Below, one piece after another: positions 50,233 through 64,000 of a stretch of 64,000 nucleotides of DNA. A model generated the notes under the pieces. The model ran no database searches. It saw only the letters and a program-made list of their open reading frames with translations, and was not told the DNA's origin. The stretch's first letter is position 1; every line of letters begins with the position of its first letter. A program made the translations under genes and the position numbers. This DNA comes from Azolla caroliniana (lineage: Eukaryota; Plantae; Polypodiophyta), in assembly GCA_043228905.1 (NCBI GenBank), contig JBHGNT010000011.1, forward strand, positions 12,276,001 to 12,340,000. The letters run 5' to 3'.

Positions 50233-53200
50233 GCTGATTGATTGGCATACTTACCTCGCTCCTGCTACTATTGTTTCTTTCTTCTCTTTTGTTTCTGTAT
50301 GTTTTTGAAGAATTGGAACGGCGAGCCCTTTTTTCCGTTAGTTTTGTTTTCACTAGCACTCTGTTGTAGGTGAGGATTGGAGAATATTGTTAGCTGGGAA
50401 TATTGAAGTCTGTTGAGTTTCAAAACACTACTGTGCCAGGCAACATATGAAATATATGCTTGATCTCTACATTTATTTAGTATTGAATTGTATTGAGTTT
50501 TCTTTAGTTGGTTTAGATAGGTCAAATATATTTTTCTGCATTCTTGCTGTAGTATGTTTTGTCTTGTTCCAGTTTGAGGTTAGAGTGTTTCAGTTATGTG
50601 TTTTGATCTGTTGACCTATGTGTTTTTATCACCTAATATTCTTTTTATTGGTGTTAATACCTTATATGGATTAGAATTTAGGTAGAGAAATTTCTAGCCA
50701 GTGGTTTTTAAAACTTACCAGCTCGTTTACATTTTGAGTTGTGGTTGAAATTTGTTGTCAAAACCAGTCAACGATTTCTCATCTGTTGACTGGTTGAATT
50801 TTGTTGTCAAAACCAGTCAATTGTTAAGCATGTTTATTGTTAGCACACATCTGTGATATGTTTTCTGTGGATTACCATTTCAACCTTGTTAAGAGTTCTG
50901 ATTTAGTATGGTTTCAAGATTTGCAGATTTTGGTTTGTGTGCTTTGTGTTAACATTGGGGGTTTGTCAATTGGAAGCTTTATAATGTGCTTTTTCTACTT
51001 TTATGATAAAAAGATCAGTAATCATTTTTGTCAAAAGGATTTAGATGGATTGTTCTTCAAATATGATCATTTGTATTTTAATATTAGTCAAAGTTCATTG
51101 ATGAGGTTAATGATGGTTATGCTTCTTCTGTTTCAAGTAAGAGTAAACTTGATCTGATTGTACAAGCTGAAAGTGTACATCTGTATCAGATGTATGGTGT
51201 TCACATGGTTTTGCCCTCCACACTATTATTCACTTAAGGGTTGCATTAAAATCATAGTTTTTGTAATGGGATTATTAATGAAAAGCTATTGCTATTTTGT
51301 AGTGTTTCTTATTATGTCAATGCTTAATGACCAAAGCCGTGTAATGAATGTATGAAGAAGTGCATGATCAGATATCTCCTTGTTTTCAGTTTTCCTTCAT
51401 GAGCTGAAAACTGAAAACAGTAAAGTACATTTTGGGCCTGTGGCCAACATTTGAACATGTAGCCTTCCTAGCAACATGAGCTCTAACTTCTGAACTTCAA
51501 TTAATTTCCTACATACCTTTCTTTCTTGGATTTCTAAGCAGCTTGCAGCCAGAAAGGAGTTGGCTATGCTCATTTGTTCAATGTACTTGACGAATAACAA
51601 TGTTCCAGGGTTTTTTGGGCTTATAATGGATTATACTTCACACTAAAGTAACCACTCTTGTACTAGAATGTGTATCTTATTTTGAATGACTCCATATCAT
51701 GGCCTACAAAAATGTAACCCTCTCCTGTTTCCTCCCATTCTTAAATGTCACAGGACACATTTTCATGTATTATAGCAATAACCTTTCTATTAATTCTACT
51801 ATATATGTTCAGTGCCTATGTTGCAATCTCTTGGATTTATGTAGTTTAAATACACCATGGATGACAACGTTTTATATCTTCCATAGCTTCTATAAAGTTG
51901 TATGTAATTAGTGTGTTTGCAAGTGGTTATGTAAAGAATTTTATTAGTTTGACAACAAATGATGTCATTGAAATCTTTTATTTGAACCTTTTATATGTTT
52001 TGTAGATGATGTAGAGGCCTTCTCATTTACAATTGAATGCAATGTGTTTGCATGTCATATCATATTGGCCAATTAATTGATGTTGTGATGATTTGGTGTT
52101 GTGTGAAGGGAGAAAAACATGAAAAGGAAGGTCAAGTTTTACCAACGCCTAATTGTTGGGGTGATTATTAAAAGGAAAAGAAAAACATACAACAAGGGAT
52201 AGCTCAAATGGTAATATCTAGTCACTACCAACACAAAAGTAAAAAAGGTTTGAAACCTACTATCAACGTTTGGAAGGGAAAGATTGAGGTACATTGAGCA
52301 TGTTAATGAAGAGGGATCATGTGATAAGTGAGTTAACATATGTTTTGCCAAACCTTAACACCTATCCAGGAACGAGTGGTCATGCATGCCAATAGGAGAA
52401 GCTCATTGTCAAGCTATAAATTTTGTAAATTTGTACATGAAATAAACTTGTTCTCTTGTGGAACTTTCGAATCCAGCCTCTCATGAAGGCTATAGAAGGC
52501 TCCTCGTCATTGGTCAACAAGCCTCTTGAGGTTGGACATTCCAAAATCACAAGTATATTGATGGGATCATTTTGTCCACTATGAGAAACCAACATAATTT
52601 TCGAAAGCATCACGAACATGATCATATGATAACTTACAAGTTAGCTCTTGCAAACTATGTAGGCAACACCATGCAACTTATTTTCCTAGTTTAGGGATAT
52701 GGTAACTTGTCAATTTGACTTTCTACCGATGTTCTATGCATGTGCCACAAAATGTGTGTGGTAGGAATGCTCATCCCATCTAACCATCAAATTAGAAGAG
52801 CACCACATCGTTAGAATATAGCCAAATGGTGGTCTAAGTCTGAGCACAAAAACTACTCACTTCTTCAACATGATGCAATCTTCTAAGAGGTCCATGCGCG
52901 AGTTAAATAAATACAGTGAAAGGAGATGAGCCCTTGCTTTACCTTGATGTGCTTCCAAATCTCATGGAGAACCCATGTTGCGTATTTAACATTGCACTCA
53001 CTCCCAAAGTTGTGGTAGTTCAAATTGGTATTCATTTGATTTTAAAAGGAATAGAGTTTAGGGTCATTGTTTTTGTATGGATTTAAATACTCTACAACAA
53101 AAAGGGTTTTGAAGATTTATAGTTTATGTCTTATCCTAACCTTAAATCTATGGTGCAACATACTCCCAATTTTAAACGTGTGAGAGAGACTAATTAGAAA

Positions 53201-56200
53201 ATGATCAAGGCATATATGAATTGTCTTATGCATTCAAAATGACAAACAAGAAACATGAATCAAGGAAAACAAAAAATATTAGAGTGTGTTGCTTAGTGGC
53301 TCGTGATGGGTGACCCTCACAATGATGATTCCTTCCCAATAATGGACAATAAACAAGAATTGATTACATGGCTCAAGAGATGATCAACTAGCAATGTTTG
53401 TAGGTTTGGGGAGGGCTAGTTACAATTGGACATGCATAACAAAAGGTATTAATAGTTCTTGACTAGCGGTGTTGTTGTTGACTCAACCACATAAGAAGTT
53501 AGTAATCAATTGAAATATATTTTAATAGAATTATATGTTTACTTTACATGGATAGATGGCTAATCAAGTGTAACCTACCAAATCCTTTCGGGTTTAGAGT
53601 ATCATGCCAAATTAACCTATCATCGCCAACATTTTTGTCGACATTTTTGGAACTACCAACAATACAAGTGATATAATGAAAATTGATGTGAATATATTTG
53701 CAACATTCATAATGTTAGCAATAATGTGTGAGAGAGGTGCCATCACAATCTTGTAAAATGAAAGAGGTAGATGGTTTTACACTATGTTAGGAAATCCCAC
53801 TTGAGATCCATTACATGCATTGCTACATGTGTTATGTCAAGAAACTTTTATAGGGCAATATTTATGGACTTGGTGATGTAAGTCTTAGTAATTGAACCCA
53901 TCACTTCAAAGTTTATCCTTTTCTTGTTAATAAGACATGGGTGTTTCGTAGTCTAGATCACCAATATGGGTTTAAGTTTAACCACAATTATGAGTCCAAC
54001 ATTTTCACCTTGGTCATTATCAAGCAAAGACGGATCTAACCCTTTACTAGGATTGTAAGCTTTGATCTAAAGTTTTTTTGCATTGTAAAGTTTCAGCATT
54101 AGGGAACAAGTGAACAACGTTGTAAGGTCACGACCCTATGTAACATGGGATCACGCATTGACTAATTAGAGTTTGTAGTCGCTCAACTAACTGATTCACT
54201 ATCTATTTATCTATAAAGTGTTGTTATTGAATTGATTTTCAAGGCACCCACACACATTCTAATGCGAAGTTTTTTCAATCACGTGTATAATTTTATGCAC
54301 TGAGATTTATTTTGGAAAAGCTTCGAAGTACCACGCGTTTTTCTCTATTTTCCCAAAATGCCCTAAAGTGTTCATTATCTCCCCGAATGGCCATGAAGTT
54401 AGTTGTATTATGAAAACTTCGAAGAACCCTTAAATTTTCCTCGTTTCCCCAAATTCCCATGAAATTTCTTATTTCCAATGCACATGAAAATTTTCTTACT
54501 TCCCCAAATGCTCTTGGGTAAAAACCTCAACAGAAAAACACATATAATAATGCTCTTGGGCATTAGGAATTAAGAAAAACACGAGGTATTTTATACTATA
54601 TAGTTGTTTCTCAAATCTATTTGTACAGACAATTCATGACATGTCATGATAACTTAATTTGGAGAAATTTGGATACACAAGTACAAACCTCCTACATAAT
54701 GATGGTCTAAAGAGTTCTAACAAGTATTGTGCATGATCTTTTATAATGTTAGGCTATTTAGGTTCATTGTACGTGATAAGTAACCCGCTCAAATATTTGT
54801 CAATTAAATTCCAAACAAAACATAAAACATAAAATAACCTCAACATTGAATTTTAAATTTTCAACAAGGAATCGTTATTAATAAAGGACACACATGCATT
54901 AGTCGCTACATGGAGCTAAGCTTGCATGAGATATGGGTGGAAGATGCAAAAGGTTTATTTTCATGGAAATTTGTCAATATCATACTCAAGATGCAAATAA
55001 TAATAGCAAACTGGGCCTTGCAATATGGACATTCAAATGGAGGCTCCATGAGGAGGCATTTTATCATGCAATAGCCATTACATGGAGTTAAGCTTGCATT
55101 ACATACGCATGGAAGATGTGATTCATGGAGGATTGTCGATGCCTTAATGACACTTGAATGCGAATAATGGCAGTATATTTATTTGGCCTTATGGCCTTAA
55201 GACTGTGGATACTTGTTTTGGAGGGGTTACAAGTGTCAAGAATCAAGATACAACGTATTGTGTGCATAAATAAGTTTCCAAATGAAGGAGAGTAATTGTT
55301 GCAAAATTTAATTGTGTATGGCATACGACATGATTTGAATGTCTTAGGACCAAATAATGCAAGTACCATAATTTGATTATTTGATAGAAACAAAATTATT
55401 GCACGAAACTAAAAAACTTATAAACTAAAAACATCTAAAAACCTCAAACATGGAGTGCAATAAGCAAGAAGACTCCTAGGTCCAAGTTTCATAAAAGATT
55501 GAGAACAATGTCAAATTAAGGTACCATGTCCAACAATTGGTGCCAATATATCCTCACATCTCAAAGAAAAATTCTATGAGAATAGATGCATCCAAACTCT
55601 TCTTAGAATGCACACTTGATGGTGCACAAGGAACAGGAACGCAATGTATTCAATACTTGGCTAAATGAATAAGTGGAAAATAGGTTCTCGATACTTTGAA
55701 TAACTTGGAATTTTATTCATATGCTATTTATGAACTTAAACATTACGAAAAGTCACTTGAGTATTCAAATCCTTTAACATAAAATTCAACATTTGATTTA
55801 TTTTTATTTTTATTTTCAAAAAAAACTCCTTCCATTAGTTATAAAATTTTACATATGAGATTAATATATACCCTGTAGGGACGCGATAGGTCCATCTTAT
55901 GTGGATGCCCATCGACTCAATAAAGGGGGAGGTCGACCATTTCTGGATGAAGGTTGGTCGTTGTCTTTCAACTCCATCGGAGTCGCCCTTGAGGCCAGCA
56001 TATTGATTTGAATGTATTTAGATAAATTTAAAGGAAATATGATGTTGCCATGCTTATGGACAAAATGATATAAATCCTATTGATTTCCCAATCAACATTG
56101 TCTTTATCATCTTGTTTTTAATGATTGTTCTCATTACCTTGACATGATAGTTTCTTACGCATCATCGCATTGTAATGGTCCATGGGGACACACCTTTTTA

Positions 56201-57190
56201 ATAGGCATACATTTCTTGCATTTGTATCATGTTTAGTCTCAACTACATGCCATTGACACAATGACATAATTTGGGACTAACCAAGTGTTGTTTAGTGCAA
56301 GCCATAATTGTATGGCTTTCATAATCAAAGCTCCAATTATATTGGATTGAGTAATAGTTTATGTACATCGGCTATAAGCTCATGTTGAAGGTTAAGGTCT
56401 ATCTAACAAGGTTATGTATGGATTATATTACGATTTTGTAGTCATATAACCACGTTCACGTAACGTTTTATTTTTTACAATGCTCCTTGATTACATTCGG
56501 TGATTCTTACTAGAGATATTGTTCATCTACGATTCTTGATAAATGTTTTCTTCAACGACATTCCATCAAGTAACAATGTGAAGTAGTTGTCGATGTTTAA
56601 TAGTACTACAAAAATTTATAGTCCAAACAATTTTTCGTTAACCATTCAACTTCAAGCTTGGAGCCACCTAAACTAAATCAAAAGATGATTGTAATTTTAT
56701 TAGTTTTGTCGATGTTTTGTTTTACCTTCTCTTTTGTAATATTGCATTTGTTGGTAAACTTTAAGGTCACATCATATTAGGGTGTTTGTGTCTGGGGTTT
56801 CTAATTTTTGAGTCGAAACATTTGTGGGTGCTGCGTGCATGTATGTAAAATCTCTATATGAAGATGGTTTAACAATATGCAGGTTGACCCATTTGTTTTG
56901 TATCATGGAAAACATAGGCCACTAGATTAGTACCAATGGAAAACATAGGTCACTAGATGGATGGATGGATAATCGAATAAGATAAGACCAGATATGCACC
57001 CTTCTCTCCCTGGTCTGAAGTCGGGTTTTTGGTAGCGATTCAAAAAAGAGGAGTGAATGCAAATGGTGTGTCCGAAAGAGGGGACAAGAGAGAGGAGGTG
57101 CCAAGAAAATGAAGCCGATTCTTGTTTTTTATTAAGAGGGGCAATTAAACCTTAAAAAGCTTCGAGTGTGTGAGACAGATAGCGAGCTAA

Positions 57191-57225
<35 letters not shown>

Positions 57226-57848
57226 TGTATATATGTATGTATGTATAATGTACTATAGATAGAGACACACAAACGTATACATGTATGTATATAGATAGAG
57301 AGCGAGCCAGAGACAGCCGCGTTTGAGTAATTTTTGTGCGTTCTTCTCTCTCGCGCTCTCATTCCAATCTTTCCAATTGATTATTCCCATTGCCATTACA
57401 TAATACTTATATATGTATATTATACATATGTAGTATATGTATGTACTATATATAATATATGTACATATGTAGTATATGTATGTATATATACATATGTATG
57501 TATGTAAAGGCTTCTTGCTTTTCTGTTCCCTCTCTCCCTCCTTTTTCTTTGTTTTTGCTTCTTTCTCTCATTTTTTTTTTTGATCTGGAAGAAAGAAACG
57601 GGAAAGAAGAAAAATCCCCCATTTTTGCTTTGCATACATCGTCTGAAAGTCTTCAGTCCTTTTGTGTTTTTGTAGATGGACTTCTGAAGCCTTGAAATTA
57701 CCTTTGCCCAATCTATCTATCACACAGACAGACAGACAGACAGACAGATCGCCATCGCCATTCCTCCCGTAGCTTTTCCTTCTTCGAGAGACAGGTTTCT
57801 TCGAGTTTCCTCCATCTCCATCGCTCACCAATCCCTCATTCAGGCGCC

Positions 57849-60310
57849 ATGGTTAGTTAGTGCACCGATGGTTTCTTCTCCCTTCCTTCCTTCCTTCCTT
57901 TCGATCTTTCTTCTTCCTCTTTGACGTGTATCTTGGTAGACATCACCATCAATATAGTTGATCCTTCTTGTATGTTAGGATTTTGTAAATATGTTTCTTT
58001 TCAAAGATTTTTCTTGTATCTCTTTTCATTACTTGTTGTCTATTTTACTGCTTTTCACAAACATTAAGATGGTTCCCTCCCAATAAAGTTTCTTCTTCTG
58101 TGAATTTCAGTATCTGAAATACTAGGAAGGTTTACGCGCCTAATGATATATTTCTAGGCCTAAGGATCTATCTCTTGTCAATGCAGGTTATTTCTTCTTC
58201 TGTGCGTATTTCTGTTTCTGAATTGTTAGAGGCATTTCCAATTTGTTGTGGTATCGATGCTTTTAGGAAGACTTCATGCCCCCTTCTTTTTAAATTTAGT
58301 TTGGAGTTTCTATCTGCCTGTTGATGCAAATTTTCTTTTTCTTTCATCTGTGATTTTCAATCCCTGAAATGCCAGATGAATTCCTTTTTATTTTGATTTT
58401 AATTTTGATGCATTAGAAAGAACGCGTTGCTTTATGAATGCAAAATTTAAACTGAGAATTTGTCTTCTTCCTAACAAAATTTTGATTTCCCAACAATTAG
58501 ATTGAAAATTTCCTTTTTGTTTTTGGTGTTGATGAACTAGCTGGAAGTCTGACATGCTATGAATGTGTTTCCTCATTATGTATTATGAATGTATGGAATT
58601 CATGACACCTTGGAAGTCTGACATATTATGGATGCATTGCCTCATTATGTATTATGAATGTGTGTTAATGAGATTTAGTGGACTTGCGGAAGTCTGATGT
58701 ATTATGGGTGCATTTCATCACTATTAAAATGAATGAACGAAATTCATTGCACTCCAGCAGTCTGTTATGTTACACATCTATTTCCTCGTTTTGAATCATG
58801 AGTGTAAACTTTAGTTTGGAAGTCTGCTATTTTATGAATGGCGTTACCTCATTATGTATCATGAATATGCATGCTTCATCATCTTGAAGCATGAACTCGT
58901 TTCTTCATCATGTATAATGAATGTGTTTCCTCATCGTTAATCATGAATGCGTTTCCTCATCATGCATCATGAACAATTTTCCTCATTATTTATTAATGAA
59001 AATGTTCCTCCCCAAGATTTATCAATGGATTTGTTTTTTTTCTTCTCAGTATGTATATCATTGGACCTCATTTTCATGTATATAGGCAAATGCTGCATCT
59101 GGAATGGCAGTACATGATGACTGTAAGCTCAAGTTTCTTGACTTGAAAAGGAAGAAAGCATATCGATATGTCGTCTTCAAAGTGGATGAAGTCTCTCAGA
59201 AGATTGTTGTGGAGAAGCTAGGTGGCCTGGGTGACAGTTACGAGCAATTCACTTGCTCTCTTCCAGAGAATGAATGCAGATACGCAGTCTATGATTTTGA
59301 GTTTGTGACCGAAGATAATTGTCAGAAGACCAAGATCTTCTTCATTGCCTGGTAATGCCTCCTGCCTCTGCCTTCTGAGAAAACATCGCATCTTTTTGAT
59401 AGATCTTGCATTATCAAAGGACCATTCTAAGTTAACTGCGAAAATTCCCAAACGCTGCTCAAGTTAACTGCATTCTCAAAATCTCACAAAACGATGCTGT
59501 AATGAAAACGAATCAAATAAGCATATAAAAAAATAAAGCAAGGCCTCAGGTAATTAAGGCAACTAGTTTCCAGTCGTTAAATTAGAGCTTATTAGCAAAA
59601 ATGGTCATCATTAGCTGTGAACTAGCAACTAAGTGATAGTATTGAGTTTATGAGGTTAAGATTTAAAGCTTCAAAAGTCAATTGGCAGATGAATGAAAGA
59701 AGAAGAGTAAATGAAGCATACAGTTATTTTTGTGACAAGGAATTACTTTGGGCTTCCTGATAATATGGTAAACTTTAGTGGCAGTTTTGGGAATTACAAT
59801 AATCTTAAGTAGCAGTTTCTTTCGTTGTCTGAAAACAATGCTGTCAATCATCATCTCTTGGAGTCACATTTTCATAATTTGCCCGGACAACAATGGTATT
59901 TTATTTGTTAAATCATCATCAATGATATACATGCATTGAAGTAGCATTCAGATAAATAATAGTTCACTCTCGCAGTGTCTTGGTATTATATTTTAAGACA
60001 TTATATAATATACACCATTGCATTTGTAAAGCACTAGTAAATGTAATATTTCACTTTCGGCGATTGACATATTTTCGTGGTTACATATGTTTGTTAAAGT
60101 GTACAAAGTTATCCGTGAATGATCCAAGTCCGATTATTTTTGTGGTGTCTTTTCTCATGAAGGTCACCCGATGTTGCAAGGGTACGGATGAAAATGTTAT
60201 ATGCGAGCTCGAAAGATCGATTCAAGAGGGAGCTTGATATTACTTATGAGGTTCAGGCCACCGATCCTAGTGAGATAGAGATTGAGAAGCTGAAGGAGCG
60301 AGCTTATTGA
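57849..60310 (+). CDS. ADF: Actin-depolymerizing factor (ADF/cofilin), 138 aa
   Basis: Exons 57849-57851 (ATG only), 59086-59351 and 60163-60310, total 417 nt. [57 protein letters not shown]. Confidence 0.95.
58541..58998. repeat. Degenerate minisatellite in ADF intron 1
   Basis: About 5 units of roughly 70 bp starting GGAAGTCTG and containing CCTCATTATGTATTATGAATG, followed by shorter TTCCTCAT..ATGAAT subunits. Confidence 0.7.
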
Positions 60311-61181
60311 AGACATATTTCTATCCTTTTTTTTGTGCAAGAAAGAATATACTGGTGCACAGCATATTCCTTTTCCTAATGTAGTTTGCTCATATTATTG
60401 ACCAAAATGCGAGGACTTTGCCTCACTCTCTTAACATCACAAAGGTGTAGCCAAATCATAGAAAACATTATTATGAATTGGCATTCTTCCAGTGAAAGGA
60501 GATGTGTTTTGCATCTTTGTCGGGCCGGGATGATTGTGTGTATTTTCATGAAATATTCCAAAATGCTCTATGTACATCTGATTACATCTGTTCACTGGTG
60601 TTGTGAAGTCAGCTATATGTTAATGGTAGTTTCTTTTTTCATCTTTGCCATTGTTGATCGCAAAAAAAGAGATGCTATCTCGATTACATGTTTCATTTGC
60701 CAAGTGTAAGAACTTGAAGCTAATTGGTTTTATTCATAATGCATGTAGAAAAGAGCTAGAAACAGAAACTTACAGAATAAAACTCTAGAAACTAGTGTCT
60801 TTTTCTATCTGACGAGAGTTACAATCAGATGCAATGGACTCTCATTGTAGAAACTAGTTGTTTTTTATATTGCATGATTTGAAACCAGATTGTTTTTTCT
60901 GGCATGCCCTTACGGACAAAGATTTTAGCTTCCACATCTTTTCTATAATACACCTAAAGAACTTTTTGGCTTGAGGTGGATACTGATCATATTGAATAAG
61001 ACTAACTTCTTGTTTGGATTTGATTGAATTTGAACTTTTGCTGGTTAGCTTAATGCATTGTATGTATCAATGAATTCACTTGAGAGTTATTTTGACGTTG
61101 GGACACTAAACCCAAAAGTGTAACAACTTTCGACCATCATAGGGAGTGAGCGCATGGTTTATTAGATGGAGGATGTCTGAG

Positions 61182-61358
61182 TTTGAAGGCTGACATAATA
61201 GAACAAAGGATGACATTTAGATAAGAAGTTAAATGATTAAGAGCTTTAACATGAGAAATTTGTAGCATTTTACATTTGAAGCCTGACATAATAGAACAAA
61301 GGATGACATTTAGATAAGAAGTTAAATTATTAAGAGCTTTTAACATGAGAAATTTGTA
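61182..61358. repeat. Direct duplication of about 83 bp
   Basis: TTTGAAG.CTGACATAATAGAACAAAGGATGACATTTAGATAAGAAGTTAAAT... occurs at 61182 and 61276. Confidence 0.85.
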
Positions 61359-62831
61359 TCCTTTTACAATAGTGGCAGAAATAAGAGATGGGATATCTTC
61401 ATGCCAAAAACATGAGCATGGAAACATTAGCAAATTTTGTAAATTGCCTATTCATCCATTATACGTGGAGGTTGCAATGTTTCCAAAAAGAGTATAGTTA
61501 ATGCAAAAAATACAAACCTCCATAGATTACAATTTCCAGCAATGCACATAAGTTCGAGAAGATTGTCGAGAAGTGAGACCAAGGTTGCACACTTGGAGCC
61601 CTCTTGTATAAAACATATGGACAAATCTCAAAAAAATTACGGTCGGTTCACTTGGAGACCTTGCATGTGTAGCCAGACCTCTTGTATAAAACCTATGGAC
61701 GGATCTCAAAAAATTACTCTTGGTTTATTATCCCTAATGGGCTGGTATATTGGCAATTAAAATAAGTACATTTTTTGACGACTCTCTAGAACGTAATCAA
61801 TTCAAGCGAGAGTACAATTATAAGAGAATTATATATATATGGACATGTAGGGAATGATCGAGGAGATAAGTATATAATTATCTCCAAGTTTCTAAACTGC
61901 AACATATATATATGTATGTATATAAAGAGTAAAATAGGAAATTTGATGAAGCTTGAAATAGAAACAAAATAAAAAGAAATCCACAGAGAGACAAAGAAAA
62001 CAAGATGAAGAGACAAAAAGAAAGAAAGAAAGAAAAGAAGAAGAAGAAGAAGAAGAAGAGAGAGAGCAGAAGATTGAAGAAACAGCAGCAGCAGAGAAAG
62101 AGTTAGTTTTAGATGTTTTGATGGGGTGACTGACGTGGAAATCGTACATACGGTAACGTATTATGTACACAAAATCCATGGGTATACCGTATGATTATGT
62201 ACGTACGTATTTGCATGAAGCTCTCAACAAAAAAGAAAGCATTTACATTACATTACATATTAATACATACTGTATGTAAAATAATATATAAGTAACGCAC
62301 ATATGTATATTATCGTACATACATATACGTAAAAATGTATGTACATGAGACCGTATAGAAAGTGTCGGTAAGAACACCATATATGTACATATACATATTT
62401 TTTGTACGTACATATTATTATTCTGTATGCTGTGTACCTACGTATTTGTGTGTGTATATACACTACTCTCAAATACAATATACCATATATGTATGTGTGT
62501 ATATATACGGTTGCGTATGTTTCATGTTTATTTAACATACGCATGTACGTATGTACGTACGACATTCTCTCTTCGCGCCAAGAAGCGTTCGTCTTTCTTT
62601 CTTTCTTTTTTTCTTTGCTTTATTTTTTATTTTATACAGACAGTGGCTGTTAATTAAGGGCGTTTCTTTCTGATTCATATCAATCTCTCGGGGGATTGCT
62701 CTGCTTCAATCGTGTTTGTTGGGAGCTCAGCTCAGAAACCATCGCCATATATAACCCAAATCAAGAAGAAGAAGAAGAAGAAGAAGAAGAAGATCATCAC
62801 GCACCTTTCTCTGCAGAAGAAGCTTAACCAT

Positions 62832-62894
<63 letters not shown>

Positions 62895-62916
62895 CATTTC
62901 ATTCCCTGTGTCTGCC

Positions 62917-63719
62917 ATGGTTACCATTCCTTCCTCCGGGAGGGATCGATTCTACGTGGAATTGAAGGCCGGTGAAACTACCATCGTCTCATGGAAGAAG
63001 CTATTGAAAGATTCCTTTCAGCCACCGCAGGGTGAGGTAGCATCCCACAGCCGAGATCCTGCTTCAGATGCCTTCCCCTCTACCCTAATTGTCGTTCCCC
63101 AGGTATACAGATTCTTTCTCTCCATCCCATTCATTCATCTTATCTCAATCCTTTCATGCAGTATATATACATATATACCTGCATGTGAATTAATGGATGG
63201 ATGGATGTGTATTGAGGACTCAGGATTCTGTATGGAAGTGCATTTACTGTACAGTCTGGTGTCTGGTGTCTGTGTCTGTGTATGCATGCCTATGTGGATA
63301 GGTTTCTCTCTACCATAGCCGCATGGTTTTGAGGGAAGTATTACGCAAGGGAACAGTTTTCTTGAAGTAGAATGGCATCAGACAGAAAATGAAACGGCAT
63401 CATGCGCAGGATCAAGTGTTCATGCATTTAATATAGAGATTTTGAAATAGTTAAAAAGGCTTCTCTTGAAGTGACATAGGTATGCATCGCTCTGATAAGA
63501 AAGGGATACTATATAACAAAAAAAGAGAGGGAGTTTCTCTTATTAATATTATGATGATGACCGTCCTTATTACTAAGAAATGGCATCAGAAAACTGATTC
63601 ATCCATATGCACTGTGTGTATGTATATTTCAGGATGCAAAGGAAACAGTACTCGCACCTGTTCCGCTCCCCCCGAATCGCTTCAATTCTGTTATTGAGAG
63701 GATTGAGAGACTTTATCAG
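62917..63719 (+). CDS. UBN: Ubinuclein-like (UBN/HPC2, HIRA histone-chaperone subunit), first two exons; continues beyond the window
   Basis: Exon 62917-63102 (RFYVELKAGETTIVSWKKLLKD) and exon 63633-63719 (NRFNSVIERIERLYQ) join in phase 0 via GT/AG. The motifs match the plant UBN1/2 N-terminus as recalled. Confidence 0.8.
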
Positions 63720-64000
63720 GTCAGTTTATTCCATACATCGTCATCATGCTGTTTTCAATTGAGGATCTTCTTCTGCATTGCGCCAAATTGGGTTGCAATC
63801 ATATTGATTCCTTAAATTATTCATTTAAATGTTGGTTTATGCATCCAATTCCTTTCACCAAATTAGATTTTGCTTCTACATATTTGGGTCCCCACCCTTT
63901 TGTGCAATTCCTTTCACTAATTCGGGTTTCGGCCTTACGAATTCAATTCCTTTTCTTGATTAGGTTTCATTATATCCATTCGTTCTCCAGCCTTACACAG

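Noticed and set aside
52100-56700. Possible decayed DNA-transposon remnant (short ORFs, TTCCCCAAAT-type repeats at 54300-54510)
   Set aside because: No recognisable transposase motif, TIR or TSD could be established.
58541-58998. CRISPR-like repeat-spacer array
   Set aside because: The units are degenerate tandem copies without unique spacers, in a eukaryotic intron with no cas genes.
61786-62657. Short Tyr/Ile/Val-rich ORFs upstream of the UBN-like gene
   Set aside because: Products of (TA)n/(TATG)n/(GAA)n low-complexity sequence.

Overview
Eukaryotic land-plant nuclear DNA with GT-AG introns and microsatellites. A non-seed plant such as a fern is inferred from the TE content (Tcn1-like chromovirus, RTE-X-like LINE). 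Four host genes are present: an RD19/cathepsin-F-like cysteine protease (minus strand, truncated at the left edge), RPL8/uL2, an actin-depolymerizing factor, and a ubinuclein-like gene (truncated at the right edge). About 5.4-41.4 kb is a retrotransposon nest five layers deep: Copia-A > Copia-B > Copia-C > chromoviral Gypsy > Copia-D. The nest also holds an Athila/Tat-like Gypsy with an extra 3' ORF and a captured VTI1 SNARE fragment, two solo-LTR-type insertions and a hAT MITE. A near-full-length LINE and tRNA-derived SINE-like repeats are stacked at (TC)n tracts just upstream of RPL8. The most notable signals are Tf1-style self-priming complementarity plus a -1 frameshift pseudoknot in the chromovirus, a very young internally inverted Copia with a third LTR piece, an LTR-like element carrying three tRNA-like cassettes, and a shared LINE 3' stem-loop/microsatellite tail. 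All calls were made by eye; no database searches were run.
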